From the IMG/VR virus record IMGVR_UViG_3300030380_002666, positions 1 to 53,714 of that record: a DNA stretch of 53,714 bases. One strand, given 5' to 3'. This stretch comes from a virus (taxonomy: Duplodnaviria > Caudoviricetes). A program made the position numbers and the translations under genes. The notes beneath the pieces were generated by a model. The model saw nothing but the letters and a program-made list of their open reading frames with translations, was not told the origin of the DNA and searched no databases. Shown here piece after piece: positions 35,246 to 45,143 of the stretch; the stretch's first letter is position 1; the number at the start of each line of letters is the position of its first letter.

Positions 35246-35525
35246 AAGTAAGATGAAGTGCAACAAGGTTGTATCTTCAGACAGAGCTGGTAAAAAGAAG
35301 ATGGTAAAGGCATGTTCTGGTGGCAAAGAGAAGTTAATTCACTTTGGTGCTAAGGGCTATGGTCATAACTACTCTGCTGCGGCACGTAAAAGTTTTAGAG
35401 CTAGGCACAAGTGTGGGCAAGCAAAGAATAAGCTAACAGCCAAGTATTGGGCATGTAAGCATTTATGGGCAGGTAAAGGTGGCTCTACGAAGAGTTCACC
35501 AAAAAGTAGACAAGGAAAATATTAA
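35235..35525 (+). CDS. Small basic Cys/His-containing conserved phage protein
   Basis: KLIHFG..., RKSFRARHKC and AKYWAC..W; GTG start. Confidence 0.7.
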   Translation: MANKSKMKCNKVVSSDRAGKKKMVKACSGGKEKLIHFGAKGYGHNYSAAARKSFRARHKCGQAKNKLTAKYWACKHLWAGKGGSTKSSPKSRQGKY

Positions 35526-35528
35526 ATT

Positions 35529-35672
35529 ATGGGTAAGGTATTAGTTTGGTTAGGTAAAAAAATAATTTCTTTTAATAATAAATTGAAGTGTTGGTGGAAC
35601 AAGTTAATTATAAAGTTGACTTTTGTTATAGAGGACTGCAATGCTTGCGATTTATGTAAATGTGATAAGTAA
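35529..35672 (+). CDS. Small Cys-rich protein (47 aa; not in ORF track)
   Basis: MGKVLVWLG...CNACDLCKCDK*. Confidence 0.6.
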   Translation: MGKVLVWLGKKIISFNNKLKCWWNKLIIKLTFVIEDCNACDLCKCDK

Positions 35673-35833
35673 TGAGTAAATCAAAAGGCTTAGGCGATAC
35701 AATTGACAAGCTAACAACAAAGACAGGGATCAAGAAGGTTGTTAAGGTGGTTAGTAAAAAATTAGGTGTTGAGGACTGCGGGTGCGATGGTCGAAAGGAC
35801 ACATTAAACAGAATATTTCCATATAAAAAATAA
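35672..35833 (+). CDS. Small basic protein (53 aa; not in ORF track)
   Basis: MSKSKGLGDTI...DCGCDGRKDTLNRIFPY; TAATG overlap. Confidence 0.7.
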   Translation: MSKSKGLGDTIDKLTTKTGIKKVVKVVSKKLGVEDCGCDGRKDTLNRIFPYKK

Positions 35834-35838
35834 AAATA

Positions 35839-36309
35839 ATGGCATATCAAAAATTACAGGTAAGTACGGCATTGGCTGTTATTCCTTCAAACTTTATTAA
35901 TATCCCAAATCCATCGGACGCTACATTGTCTGGGACAACCAGTGGTACTACTGGTTTAACTGATGCTTCAGCAACATTTACTGATGGCAGTGTAAAGATT
36001 GGAGACATTGTTTATGATACATCAAATTCAGTAGTTGGTAGAGTAACTGCTATTGCTGCTACTGTATTAACATTAGATAATGGAAATGGAGTTGCTGTAA
36101 ATCTAGCTACAAGTGCTTCTTATGTAATATATAAAGACACGAACCATGCAGCTGTTTTATATGTTGGTGTTTCAGGAAATTTAGATGTTGAAATGGCTAA
36201 CTCTGGAACGGACATTACATTTACTAATATGCCTATAGGCTTTGTTCCTGTTCAGGTCAATAAAGTTTTAGCTTCATCAACAGCTGCAAGCATAATAGCA
36301 CTTTGGTAG
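35839..36309 (+). CDS. Probable virion structural protein
   Basis: A/T/S/G/V-rich beta composition; LYVG..G and PVQV.KV. Confidence 0.6.
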   Translation: MAYQKLQVSTALAVIPSNFINIPNPSDATLSGTTSGTTGLTDASATFTDGSVKIGDIVYDTSNSVVGRVTAIAATVLTLDNGNGVAVNLATSASYVIYKDTNHAAVLYVGVSGNLDVEMANSGTDITFTNMPIGFVPVQVNKVLASSTAASIIALW

Positions 36310-36310
36310 T

Positions 36311-37087
36311 ATGGGATTATCTATAGGCATATCGAACTCTTTTGGTTCTTCTGTATTTGATGGAGCAGGTGATATTATATCTTCAGGTCTATTGATGTAT
36401 GTAGATGCTGCTAATTCTAGCTCATATCCAGGTACAGGTACTGTTCTAACAGACCTAACAGGAAACCACAACGCTACATTAGTAAATGGTGTGGGATTCA
36501 CATCTACCGATGGCGGTGCTTTAGTTTTTGATGGCGTAGATGACTATGCTACGTTTGGCAATGTTCTAAACTTTGATGATAGTTCTACTTTTAGTATTAG
36601 TATTTGGTTCAATAATTCACAGACACTAGCAGCATCAAGTGACATATACGGACTGATAAGTAAGCGTGACACGAATACTGTAGGTGGATGGACTATTGGA
36701 TTGAGAGGGGGTAGTACATACAAAGGTTTAATTGTTAGGGCTTCTACATCTGGCAACTTTGGAGATTTTTTTTCTGGGTTAGATTTTAGAAGTACATTTT
36801 CTGATGGTAGTTGGAATAATATAGTTGCAACGTATGATAGTTTAGATAATCTTTCTGTATATGTAAATGGTGCTTTTTTAGGTGCTAGTGGATTAGAAGA
36901 ATATAATTTCACAAATACCAGTGAGTTGATGCTTGGATCATTTGAGGATAATGTAAACTTTCCTGTTGGTCAGTTTCCTTTAAATGGAAAAATATCACAA
37001 GCAGCAATCTATGGTAAGGCTCTTTCAGCTGCTGAAGTTTTAAGGAATTATAATGCTATTAAAGTCAGATACGGCATTATTAGATAA
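36311..37087 (+). CDS. LamG/concanavalin-A-like lectin domain protein (fibre or decoration)
   Basis: GLLMYVDA..SSYPG.G, FDGVDDY, WNNIVATYD, YVNG and IYGKALSAAEVLRNY. Confidence 0.85.
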   Translation: MGLSIGISNSFGSSVFDGAGDIISSGLLMYVDAANSSSYPGTGTVLTDLTGNHNATLVNGVGFTSTDGGALVFDGVDDYATFGNVLNFDDSSTFSISIWFNNSQTLAASSDIYGLISKRDTNTVGGWTIGLRGGSTYKGLIVRASTSGNFGDFFSGLDFRSTFSDGSWNNIVATYDSLDNLSVYVNGAFLGASGLEEYNFTNTSELMLGSFEDNVNFPVGQFPLNGKISQAAIYGKALSAAEVLRNYNAIKVRYGIIR

Positions 37088-37103
37088 ATTTTAAAATATA
37101 AGT

Positions 37104-37370
37104 ATGTCGCATAATAATGAACATAGAAGTTATACAATATTTAATATTTCCGAGATAGGTCTAATTGATTTTAGTCAGGTACTAGAAGACTCTGCTGAAA
37201 CTCTTAGAAAGTCAAATGACAATACTAAAACATTAGTAAAGTGGGACACTGAATCTATTCCTGCATCCGTTCAAGCATTAACTACATCGGAAGGAGTTTA
37301 TAATAATGAAGAGATATTTCAGATAATGAACACTGCTGGTTGGAAAAGCCCTGAACCTTCAATGGAATGA
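37104..37370 (+). CDS. Hypothetical protein, possibly fibre-associated
   Basis: IDFSQVLE.S..TLRKS.D..KT.VKW; follows the LamG gene. Confidence 0.55.
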   Translation: MSHNNEHRSYTIFNISEIGLIDFSQVLEDSAETLRKSNDNTKTLVKWDTESIPASVQALTTSEGVYNNEEIFQIMNTAGWKSPEPSME

Positions 37371-37768
37371 ATTATTATAAGATATATAAAGACAACTGGA
37401 GTTGCACAAAAAAGTTTGCAACAGAGGAAGATGCTCAAGCATTTGCTGACACTTTAGGTGAAGGTTATGCTGTTGAGTATATTGGACCTGTGCAACCTAT
37501 AAGTGTAGACGAGAGGCTTTCAATGGATATAGAGTTTTGCTTGCAACTAATACAAACGTTCTTATTAGATAACAGGAATGCAGGTGTTACAGTTGAGCAG
37601 GGTGAAGCCTTGATGACTAAGTTTGTAAATGTATTACAGTTTGCACAAACAGGTGCAGTGGGATCTGTTAATGATTTATTATCAGGTATATCTGTAGATG
37701 ATGTATTTACACAAGAGAGAAAAGACAAGTACCTACAAATGATTACTAACTATTTAGCACAATTTTAA
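37367..37768 (+). CDS. Hypothetical protein
   Basis: ATGA overlap. Confidence 0.6.
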   Translation: MNYYKIYKDNWSCTKKFATEEDAQAFADTLGEGYAVEYIGPVQPISVDERLSMDIEFCLQLIQTFLLDNRNAGVTVEQGEALMTKFVNVLQFAQTGAVGSVNDLLSGISVDDVFTQERKDKYLQMITNYLAQF

Positions 37769-37770
37769 TC

Positions 37771-38040
37771 ATGAATATAAGTGAAAAGACACGGATCAAT
37801 CTAACAACAAAGGACATGGTATCAGTTATTATGGTCTTAGGATTTGTTATTGGTATGTACTTTTCATTAAAAGCACAGATTGAAGAGGCTAAAGAGTTAC
37901 CTATTATGGATGAGCAGTTAAAAAGAGCGATTGTAAAAACAAGTGCAGAGCTTGAGTACATAAAGACTGAAATTAGAGAAATAAAATCTAAACTAAACAC
38001 AATGGAGCAAAGGCTTTATGAAATTAATAACAATGAATAG
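37771..38040 (+). CDS. Single-TM coiled-coil protein (holin/antiholin/spanin candidate)
   Basis: One TM segment plus a coiled coil, directly upstream of the endolysin. Confidence 0.5.
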   Translation: MNISEKTRINLTTKDMVSVIMVLGFVIGMYFSLKAQIEEAKELPIMDEQLKRAIVKTSAELEYIKTEIREIKSKLNTMEQRLYEINNNE

Positions 38041-38446
38041 AAAGATTAAAAAAATTATTGTACACTGTGCTGCTACACCACCATCTATGGATATTGGTGT
38101 GGATACTATTAGAAAATGGCACGTTGAGGATCGTAAGTGGTCAGATATTGGATACCATTACGTTATAAGACTAGATGGGTCGATTGAGATAGGTAGACCT
38201 ATAAGTAGACAAGGGGCGCATACTAAAGGGTACAATAAAGAGAGTGTAGGCATATGCTATGTAGGTGGTGTTAATGAGAAAGGAGATGCTGAGGACACTC
38301 GCACTGATGAGCAAAAGAAGTCGTTAAAAATACTTTTAGAGTTTTTGAAATTGACATTTCCTGATTCGGTAATACATGGACACAGGGACTTTGCTAATAA
38401 GGCGTGTCCAAGTTTTGACGCTACTGAAGAATATAAACATATATGA
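38033..38446 (+). CDS. Endolysin, T7-lysozyme-type N-acetylmuramoyl-L-alanine amidase
   Basis: IIVHCAAT, WSDIGYHYVI, GAH, GICYVGG and GHRDFANKACPSF. Confidence 0.93.
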   Translation: MNRKIKKIIVHCAATPPSMDIGVDTIRKWHVEDRKWSDIGYHYVIRLDGSIEIGRPISRQGAHTKGYNKESVGICYVGGVNEKGDAEDTRTDEQKKSLKILLEFLKLTFPDSVIHGHRDFANKACPSFDATEEYKHI

Positions 38447-38901
38447 AAGATATACTACCAAATACAATAGCTGAAACGACAGGTACTGTTGTTGATAAGT
38501 TGGGCGGTCTTGTAGATCGCTTTGTTCGTACTAAGGACGAGAAGGCTGAGTTTGAGAAGGAGATGACTGAAATCTTAATCGAGATGGAGGCAGAGATGGA
38601 GAAGAATGTAACAGAAAGGTGGAATGCTGACATGTCTAGTGACTCTTGGTTAAGTAAGAATGTTCGACCATTAGTGCTAATATTTTTGATAGTTAACACA
38701 ATGATTCTTATATTCATCGAAGCTGGAGTTGTAACATTCAATGTAAAGCAAGAATGGATATCGCTTTTGCAGTTAATTTTAACTACTGTAATTGCATCAT
38801 ATTTTGGGGGTCGCTCGTATGAGAAGGTAAAGATATTTTCTGAGCCTAGACCACCTCAAAAAAAGAAGGGATTATTCAGAAGAAAAAATAGAACAAAATG
38901 A
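38443..38901 (+). CDS. Holin (GTA-type 3TM family)
   Basis: RWNADMSSDSWLSKNVRP, two TM segments and YFGGRSYEK. Confidence 0.8.
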   Translation: MKDILPNTIAETTGTVVDKLGGLVDRFVRTKDEKAEFEKEMTEILIEMEAEMEKNVTERWNADMSSDSWLSKNVRPLVLIFLIVNTMILIFIEAGVVTFNVKQEWISLLQLILTTVIASYFGGRSYEKVKIFSEPRPPQKKKGLFRRKNRTK

Positions 38902-39125
38902 AATTAGAAGAAACGGAATTAAATTTTATAAAAGAGTCTACTGCTAAATTAAATTCTGCAAAGGCAATGCTTGGTGACATTGAGATCAAAAAGCATGAGC
39001 TACTGCTAGAGGTTGACGGATTAAAGGTACAGTTCCAGTTAAAAGAGAAGGAACTAATTGAAAAATATGGACTAAACTCGGTTATAAACATGCAGACGGG
39101 TGAGGTCAAACAAAAAGAAGAGTAA
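38898..39125 (+). CDS. Hypothetical coiled-coil protein
   Basis: EKYG..SVINMQTGE; ATGA overlap. Confidence 0.6.
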   Translation: MKLEETELNFIKESTAKLNSAKAMLGDIEIKKHELLLEVDGLKVQFQLKEKELIEKYGLNSVINMQTGEVKQKEE

Positions 39126-39388
39126 TGGCAAAAATAAGTACGTATGATGCTGCGGGAACGCCAGCATTAGTAGATAAGGTAATCGGCACAGAGATTGGGG
39201 CTACTCCTGAGAATGCTACTAAAAATTATTCACTTTTGCAATTGTTAACATTGTTTAATGCGAACTCTGTTCCGCCTTCTACTAGTAGTGCTGGAACAAA
39301 GGGTCAAATAGCTGTCGATGCTGGATATTTGTATATATGCACAGATAAAGACACTTGGGCTAGAGTTGCTTTATCATCTTGGGTTTAA
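39125..39388 (+). CDS. Small probable virion protein
   Basis: MAKISTY...; GTKGQIAVD.GYLYICT...WARVAL resembles fibre-related motifs. Confidence 0.55.
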   Translation: MAKISTYDAAGTPALVDKVIGTEIGATPENATKNYSLLQLLTLFNANSVPPSTSSAGTKGQIAVDAGYLYICTDKDTWARVALSSWV

Positions 39389-39389
39389 A

Positions 39390-39611
39390 ATGCATATAAG
39401 AAAAATAGCAATAGGTCCAGACTATAAGTCTAGTATGAATTACGTGATAGGGCAAAAAGTCCTTGGCGGTAGTTATAGCATTCACTTGATACAGCAAGAT
39501 GACAAGGATGGGTCTATAAAGATTTGGATAGAGCAAGGTGATGAGATTCTTCTATGGAAACAGTTTAATGTCGCTATGCCTTCCTCAATAGAATATAATA
39601 TAAACTTTTAG
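39390..39611 (+). CDS. Hypothetical protein
   Basis: Start MHIRKI at 39390. Confidence 0.65.
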   Translation: MHIRKIAIGPDYKSSMNYVIGQKVLGGSYSIHLIQQDDKDGSIKIWIEQGDEILLWKQFNVAMPSSIEYNINF

Positions 39612-39612
39612 T

Positions 39613-40176
39613 ATGAAATCACCGTATAGCTTTATAGTAAGAGCATCGGGAGGTAATCGTTATGTGGGCAGTAAAGATATTGAGGGTGTTGACTTTATAG
39701 TTAATACTTCTGAGGAGAATCATAAGGCATCCAATAGGATTGCTGTAGTTGTTTCGACACCTGTTAATTATAATGGAGACATTCAAGTTGGAGACTCATT
39801 GGTTGTACATCACAATGTATTTAAGTTTTACAATGATATGTACGGCAGAAAGAAGAGTGGAAGAAGTTTTTTAAAAGACGATTTATTTTTTGTAGACAAT
39901 AGTCAGTTCTACATGTATGGTCGAGATGGCAAGTGGTTCGCTCACGATAGGTATTGTTTTATAAAGCCTATTAATAAAATTAAAAAGAGCATAGACACTA
40001 ATGATAAGGAAGAGCCTTTGATGGGCGAGATGCTATATCCAAATGCATACATGTTGAGTAAGGGTGTAGACAAAGGGAGTATAGTAGGTTATAAGCCGAA
40101 CTGTAACTATGAGTTTGTTATTGATGGAGAGAGGATGTATAGACTTTTTGATAATCAAATATCTATGGTCCTATGA
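39613..40176 (+). CDS. GroES-like double-length protein
   Basis: AVVVSTP...IQVGDSLVVHHNVF and a second half GVDKGSIVGY...YEFVIDGERMY, each resembling a GroES barrel. Confidence 0.55.
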   Translation: MKSPYSFIVRASGGNRYVGSKDIEGVDFIVNTSEENHKASNRIAVVVSTPVNYNGDIQVGDSLVVHHNVFKFYNDMYGRKKSGRSFLKDDLFFVDNSQFYMYGRDGKWFAHDRYCFIKPINKIKKSIDTNDKEEPLMGEMLYPNAYMLSKGVDKGSIVGYKPNCNYEFVIDGERMYRLFDNQISMVL

Positions 40177-40448
40177 AAGACAAAAAGAAAAGAATAATTG
40201 AAGCTGGTTATAAAGCTGTTGATCATCTAATAAAGGTGGCAGAGGAAGAGATTATCAAGCCAGATCCAGAGGATGAATTAGCAGCGGACCGGCTAAAGAA
40301 CGCAGCAGCTACAAAGAAGTTGGCAATATTTGATGCATTTGCTATATTGGATAAGATAGACGAAGAGAAAGAGAAAATTGAATCAACTAAAACAATTGCT
40401 GAAAACATAAATACAAAGCAAGGGTTTGCAGAACGAAGATCAAAATAG
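40173..40448 (+). CDS. Probable terminase small subunit
   Basis: Small helical protein overlapping the terL start; position only. Confidence 0.45.
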   Translation: MKDKKKRIIEAGYKAVDHLIKVAEEEIIKPDPEDELAADRLKNAAATKKLAIFDAFAILDKIDEEKEKIESTKTIAENINTKQGFAERRSK

Positions 40449-42672
40449 GTTATATAGTGTGTTGGTTGACTACATACCATCCACAGTGATCAAGAAGAAA
40501 AATCGAGGTCAAGGATGGACGTATGGGTATAACAAAGAGTTTGATGTAGTTGTAATTTCTAAGAATGGTAAGATTGGAGAAGTTTATGATATAAACGGTT
40601 TAAAAATTGCTTTACCCCCAGAGCCTATGAGGGTTAATAGTAGAAGCAAGTATTCTGAAGACCAATATTGGGAGAGGATAGAAGAGCCTAAAGCATTAAA
40701 ACGTATTAAGTCTATATTTCAATGGAATCAAATGCCTAACGAATTTAAGGCTCAATGGGTTTCGTATATAGAGAAAGAATTTGATAAGAGAGAGTATGGG
40801 CATTGGTTTATGAACAATGGTAAGCCTACATACATTACAGGCTCTCATTACATGTACATACAGTGGTCAAGTATAGATATTGGATATCCTGACTTTAGAG
40901 AGGCTAATAGAATATTTCATATATTCTGGGAGGCTTGCAAAGCTGACCCTAGAGCATTTGGAATGGTGTATTTAAAGATTAGACGTTCAGGGTTTTCTTT
41001 TATGTCATCATCAGAGTGTGTAAACATAGGAACATTAGCTAGAGATTCTCGTCTTGGTATATTATCTAAAACAGGTGCTGATGCCAAGAAGATGTTTACT
41101 GATAAAGTTGTTCCTATAGCTAATAAGTTACCTTTCTTTTTTAAGCCTGTTCAAGATGGTATGGATAGACCAAAAACAGAGCTAGCATTTAGAGTTCCTG
41201 CATCTAAAATAACTCGTAAGAATATGTACGAGGAAAGCAAGGATCATATAGATGGATTAGATACTACAATTGATTGGAAGAATACTGACGATAACTCATA
41301 TGATGGTGAGAAGATATTATTTTTAGCTCACGATGAGAGTGGTAAATGGTTAAGACCTAATAATATTTTAAACAACTGGAAGGTAACAAAGACATGTCTA
41401 AGATTAGGGCGTAAAATTATTGGTAAGTGCATGATGGGTTCTACTTGTAATGCGTTAGACAAAGGTGGTGGAAACTTTAAGAAGTTATATCAAGAATCAA
41501 ATGTCAAGAAAAGGAATGGTAATGGACAGACAAAAACAGGTCTGTATAGTTTATTTATTCCAATGGAATGGAACTTAGAAGGGTTTATAGACAAGTATGG
41601 TATGCCTGTATTTAGAACTCCTGATAATCCTGTTTATGGAATTGATGGCGAGTTAATAGATCAAGGAGCTGTTGATTATTGGGAGGCAGAAGTTGAGTCA
41701 TTGAAAGGAGACGCTGATGCATTAAATGAGTACTATCGACAGTTTCCTAGAACAGAATCACATGCATTTAGAGATGAGAGTAAGGCATCTATATTTAATC
41801 TTACAAAGATATATCAGCAGATAGACTTTAATGATGCAATGATAAAAGGGCATTATATAACAAGAGGTGGATTTCATTGGCAAAATGGAGTGAAAGACAC
41901 AAAGGTGATATGGACTCCTAATAAAAAAGGTAGATTCTCGGTCAGTTGGATTCCTAATGTTGGATTGCAAAATAGAATAATTAATAAAAACGGAATAAAA
42001 TATCCTGGTAACGACCATATGGGGGCGTTTGGATGCGACAGTTACGACATATCAGGTGTTGTAGGTGGTGGAGGGTCTAATGGTGCATTACATGGTATGA
42101 CTAAGTTCCATATGGACGAAGGACCTACCAATCAGTTTTTCTTGCAGTATGTTGCACGACCACAGACCGCAGAGATATTTTTTGAAGAAGTATTAATGGC
42201 TTGTATATTCTATGGAATGCCGGTGCTAGTAGAAAACAATAAACCAAGATTGTTGTATCATTTTAAAAATAGAGGGTATAGAGGATTTAGTGTAAATAGA
42301 CCCGATAAGCAATATAGCAAGCTATCAAAAGCAGAACGTGAGCTTGGGGGAATACCAAACTCATCGGAAGCGGTAAAGCAAGCGCATGCATCAGCTATTG
42401 AATCATACATTGAGAAATATGTGGGGTTTGACATGGAGGGTATTGAAAGAGATTCTGATGTAATTGGTGACATGCATTTTAATAGAACTCTTGAGGATTG
42501 GGCAAAGTTTGATATAAATAATCGTACAAAATTTGATGCTACGATTAGCTCAGGTTTGGCTATAATGGCAAATCAAAAACACTTATATACCCCTCAAAAA
42601 AAGCAATCAAAAATAAGTATTAACTTTGCAAGGTATAATAATAAAGGAATAAGTAGCGAAATAATAAGATAA
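40426..42672 (+). CDS. terL: Terminase large subunit
   Basis: Walker A KIRRSGFS, Walker B LAHDESGK, MGST and nuclease GCDSYD...ENN...FDATIS. Confidence 0.92.
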   Translation: MQNEDQNRLYSVLVDYIPSTVIKKKNRGQGWTYGYNKEFDVVVISKNGKIGEVYDINGLKIALPPEPMRVNSRSKYSEDQYWERIEEPKALKRIKSIFQWNQMPNEFKAQWVSYIEKEFDKREYGHWFMNNGKPTYITGSHYMYIQWSSIDIGYPDFREANRIFHIFWEACKADPRAFGMVYLKIRRSGFSFMSSSECVNIGTLARDSRLGILSKTGADAKKMFTDKVVPIANKLPFFFKPVQDGMDRPKTELAFRVPASKITRKNMYEESKDHIDGLDTTIDWKNTDDNSYDGEKILFLAHDESGKWLRPNNILNNWKVTKTCLRLGRKIIGKCMMGSTCNALDKGGGNFKKLYQESNVKKRNGNGQTKTGLYSLFIPMEWNLEGFIDKYGMPVFRTPDNPVYGIDGELIDQGAVDYWEAEVESLKGDADALNEYYRQFPRTESHAFRDESKASIFNLTKIYQQIDFNDAMIKGHYITRGGFHWQNGVKDTKVIWTPNKKGRFSVSWIPNVGLQNRIINKNGIKYPGNDHMGAFGCDSYDISGVVGGGGSNGALHGMTKFHMDEGPTNQFFLQYVARPQTAEIFFEEVLMACIFYGMPVLVENNKPRLLYHFKNRGYRGFSVNRPDKQYSKLSKAERELGGIPNSSEAVKQAHASAIESYIEKYVGFDMEGIERDSDVIGDMHFNRTLEDWAKFDINNRTKFDATISSGLAIMANQKHLYTPQKKQSKISINFARYNNKGISSEIIR
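42621..42628 (+). promoter_or_regulatory. -7 element TAACTTTG upstream of the portal gene
   Basis: TAnnTTTG inside the 3' end of terL. Confidence 0.45.
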
Positions 42673-45107
42673 TGAAGGAAGTAGTAGTCAATATATCCCC
42701 GCAAGGGTTTCCTAGTCAATTTGTTTCAGATGCAGAAAAGGCAACTGAAGAATTTGGATTGCAGATTGGTCAGGCGATACAATATGAATGGTTTAAGAAA
42801 GATGGTGGTGGATGTAGATTCTACGACCAACGTAGGCAATTCCATAATCTTAGATTGTATGCTAGGGGAGAGCAATCTATACGAAAGTATAAAGATGAGC
42901 TTGCTGTTGATGGTGATTTGTCTTACTTAAATCTAGATTGGACACCAGTTCCTATTCTTCCTAAGTTTGTAGATATTGTGGTTAACGGAATGTCTGATCG
43001 TTTGTTTAAAGTTAAAGCTAATGCTCAAGATGCATTGTCTCAAGCAAGAAGAAACAAGTATCAAGATATGATTGAGGGGCAAATGGTTGCCAAGCCTGTT
43101 TTAAATATAATAAAAGAAAAATCAGGCTTTGATCCTTTTGTTATGTCACCAGATGAACTCCCTAATGACGATGAAGAGCTTTCATTATACATGAACCTTC
43201 ATTACAAACCGGCTATTGAAATCGCAGAGGAGGAAGCTATAGATACAATATTTGAAGAAAACCACTACTATGATTTAAGAAAAAGAATAGACTATGACTT
43301 AACAGTTTTAGGAATTAGTGTAACAAAGCATGAGTTTCTACCCGGGGCAGGTGTTGAGCTTTCATATGTAGATCCTGCTAATGTTATTTATAGCTATACT
43401 GAAGACCCACACTTTAAAGACTGTTTCTATTGGGGAGAAGTTAAGACAGTTCCTCTTACGGAGCTTATGAAGATTGATCAGTCTTTAACTAGTGACGATT
43501 TAGAGAAGATATCTCAGTACAGTCAAAGCTGGTATGACTACTATAATGTATCACAGTTTTATGATAACGACATTTTTTATAAAGATACTTGTACTTTATT
43601 GTATTTCAACTATAAGACCACAAAGAAGTTTGTATACAAAAAGAAAAACTTAGAAGGTGGTGGGTCACGAGTAATAGAGAAAGATGATCAGTTCAATCCA
43701 CCAAAGGAGATGATGGAAGAAGGTGGATTTGAAAAAATATCTAAGACCATTGATGTATGGTATGAAGGTATCATGGTAATGGGTACAAATATTATCTTAA
43801 AGTGGGAGATGGCAGAGAACATGGTTCGACCTAAGTCATCATCTCAGCATGCAATGCCAAACTATGTAGCATCAGCTCCAAGGATGTATAAGGGTGTTAT
43901 AGAGTCTTTAGTTCGCAGGATGATACCATTTGCTGACTTGATACAGGTTACGCATTTAAAACTACAGCAGGTAATTGCTAAGGTCGTTCCCGATGGTGTG
44001 TTTATTGATGCAGACGGTTTGAATGAAGTAGACTTAGGTACAGGGGCTGCATATAATCCTGAAGATGCTTTAAGGTTATACTTCCAAACGGGTAGTGTTA
44101 TTGGTAGGAGCTATACTCAAGATGGTGAATTTAATAACGCTAGAGTTCCGATTCAGCAGTTGACATCTAGTTCGGGTGCTGGTAAAACTCAGATGCTTAT
44201 TGCCAACTACAACCATTACCTTAATCAAATACGCAACGTAACGGGTCTAAATGAGGCGAGAGACGGCTCAACGCCAGATCCTAACGCTTTAGTTGGAGTA
44301 CAAAAGTTAGCGGCTCTAAACTCAAATACAGCAACCAGGCATATACTTGACGGAAGTTTATATATGTATCGCACATTAGCAGAAGCTATTTCTTGTAGAG
44401 TTGCTGATATATTGGAGTATGCTGATTTCAAAGATGACTTTGCAAATAAGATTGGAAAGTACAACGTAAGTATATTGAATGAGATATCTGACTTATACAT
44501 ATACGACTTTGGTATATTCATCGAAGTGTCTCCTGATGAAGAGCAGAAGGCTCAGTTAGAACAAAATATTCAAATGGCATTATCTAAAGGTGACATAAAT
44601 TTAGAAGATGCTATTGATATTAGAGAGATAAAAAATATAAAACTAGCTAATCAGTTATTGAAGGTTAAGAGAGTTGCAAAGCAAGAGAAAGAACAACAGA
44701 TGCAGATGCAACAACAGCAAGCAAATGCACAAACACAGTTACAGTCTCAGCAGATGGCTGCGCAAACTGCAATGCAAAAGATTGAAATGGAAGCTCGTGC
44801 TAAGATGCAAATCAAACAAGCTGAAATAGCTTTTGAAATTGAAAAGATGAAAGCTGAGGCTCAGATGAAATCACAATTAATGGCTCAAGAGTTCCAATAC
44901 AATCAACAGATAAATCAGATGGCTAATCAATCATTATCTGACAGAGAGAGTGCTAGAGAAAAAGCTAAATCAGACCGGATTAGTCAACAGAATACTGAGC
45001 AGTCTAAATTAATAAATCAACGTAAAAATAATTTACCTCCGCAAAAGTTTGAGTCTAACGAGGACAGTCTAGATGGCTTTGATCTTGCTGAGTTCAATCC
45101 GAGATAA
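42672..45107 (+). CDS. Portal protein
   Basis: 811 aa, follows terL; LDWTPVPILPKFVDIVVN, VTGLNEARDG and a long Gln-rich C-terminal helix like podovirus portal barrels. Confidence 0.88.
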   Translation: MKEVVVNISPQGFPSQFVSDAEKATEEFGLQIGQAIQYEWFKKDGGGCRFYDQRRQFHNLRLYARGEQSIRKYKDELAVDGDLSYLNLDWTPVPILPKFVDIVVNGMSDRLFKVKANAQDALSQARRNKYQDMIEGQMVAKPVLNIIKEKSGFDPFVMSPDELPNDDEELSLYMNLHYKPAIEIAEEEAIDTIFEENHYYDLRKRIDYDLTVLGISVTKHEFLPGAGVELSYVDPANVIYSYTEDPHFKDCFYWGEVKTVPLTELMKIDQSLTSDDLEKISQYSQSWYDYYNVSQFYDNDIFYKDTCTLLYFNYKTTKKFVYKKKNLEGGGSRVIEKDDQFNPPKEMMEEGGFEKISKTIDVWYEGIMVMGTNIILKWEMAENMVRPKSSSQHAMPNYVASAPRMYKGVIESLVRRMIPFADLIQVTHLKLQQVIAKVVPDGVFIDADGLNEVDLGTGAAYNPEDALRLYFQTGSVIGRSYTQDGEFNNARVPIQQLTSSSGAGKTQMLIANYNHYLNQIRNVTGLNEARDGSTPDPNALVGVQKLAALNSNTATRHILDGSLYMYRTLAEAISCRVADILEYADFKDDFANKIGKYNVSILNEISDLYIYDFGIFIEVSPDEEQKAQLEQNIQMALSKGDINLEDAIDIREIKNIKLANQLLKVKRVAKQEKEQQMQMQQQQANAQTQLQSQQMAAQTAMQKIEMEARAKMQIKQAEIAFEIEKMKAEAQMKSQLMAQEFQYNQQINQMANQSLSDRESAREKAKSDRISQQNTEQSKLINQRKNNLPPQKFESNEDSLDGFDLAEFNPR

Positions 45108-45118
45108 AAAAAATTTAT

Positions 45119-45126
45119 TAACTTTG
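45119..45126 (+). promoter_or_regulatory. -7 element TAACTTTG upstream of scaffold/capsid genes
   Basis: TAnnTTTG in the intergenic gap. Confidence 0.65.
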
Positions 45127-45143
45127 TATAAAATTATAATATA

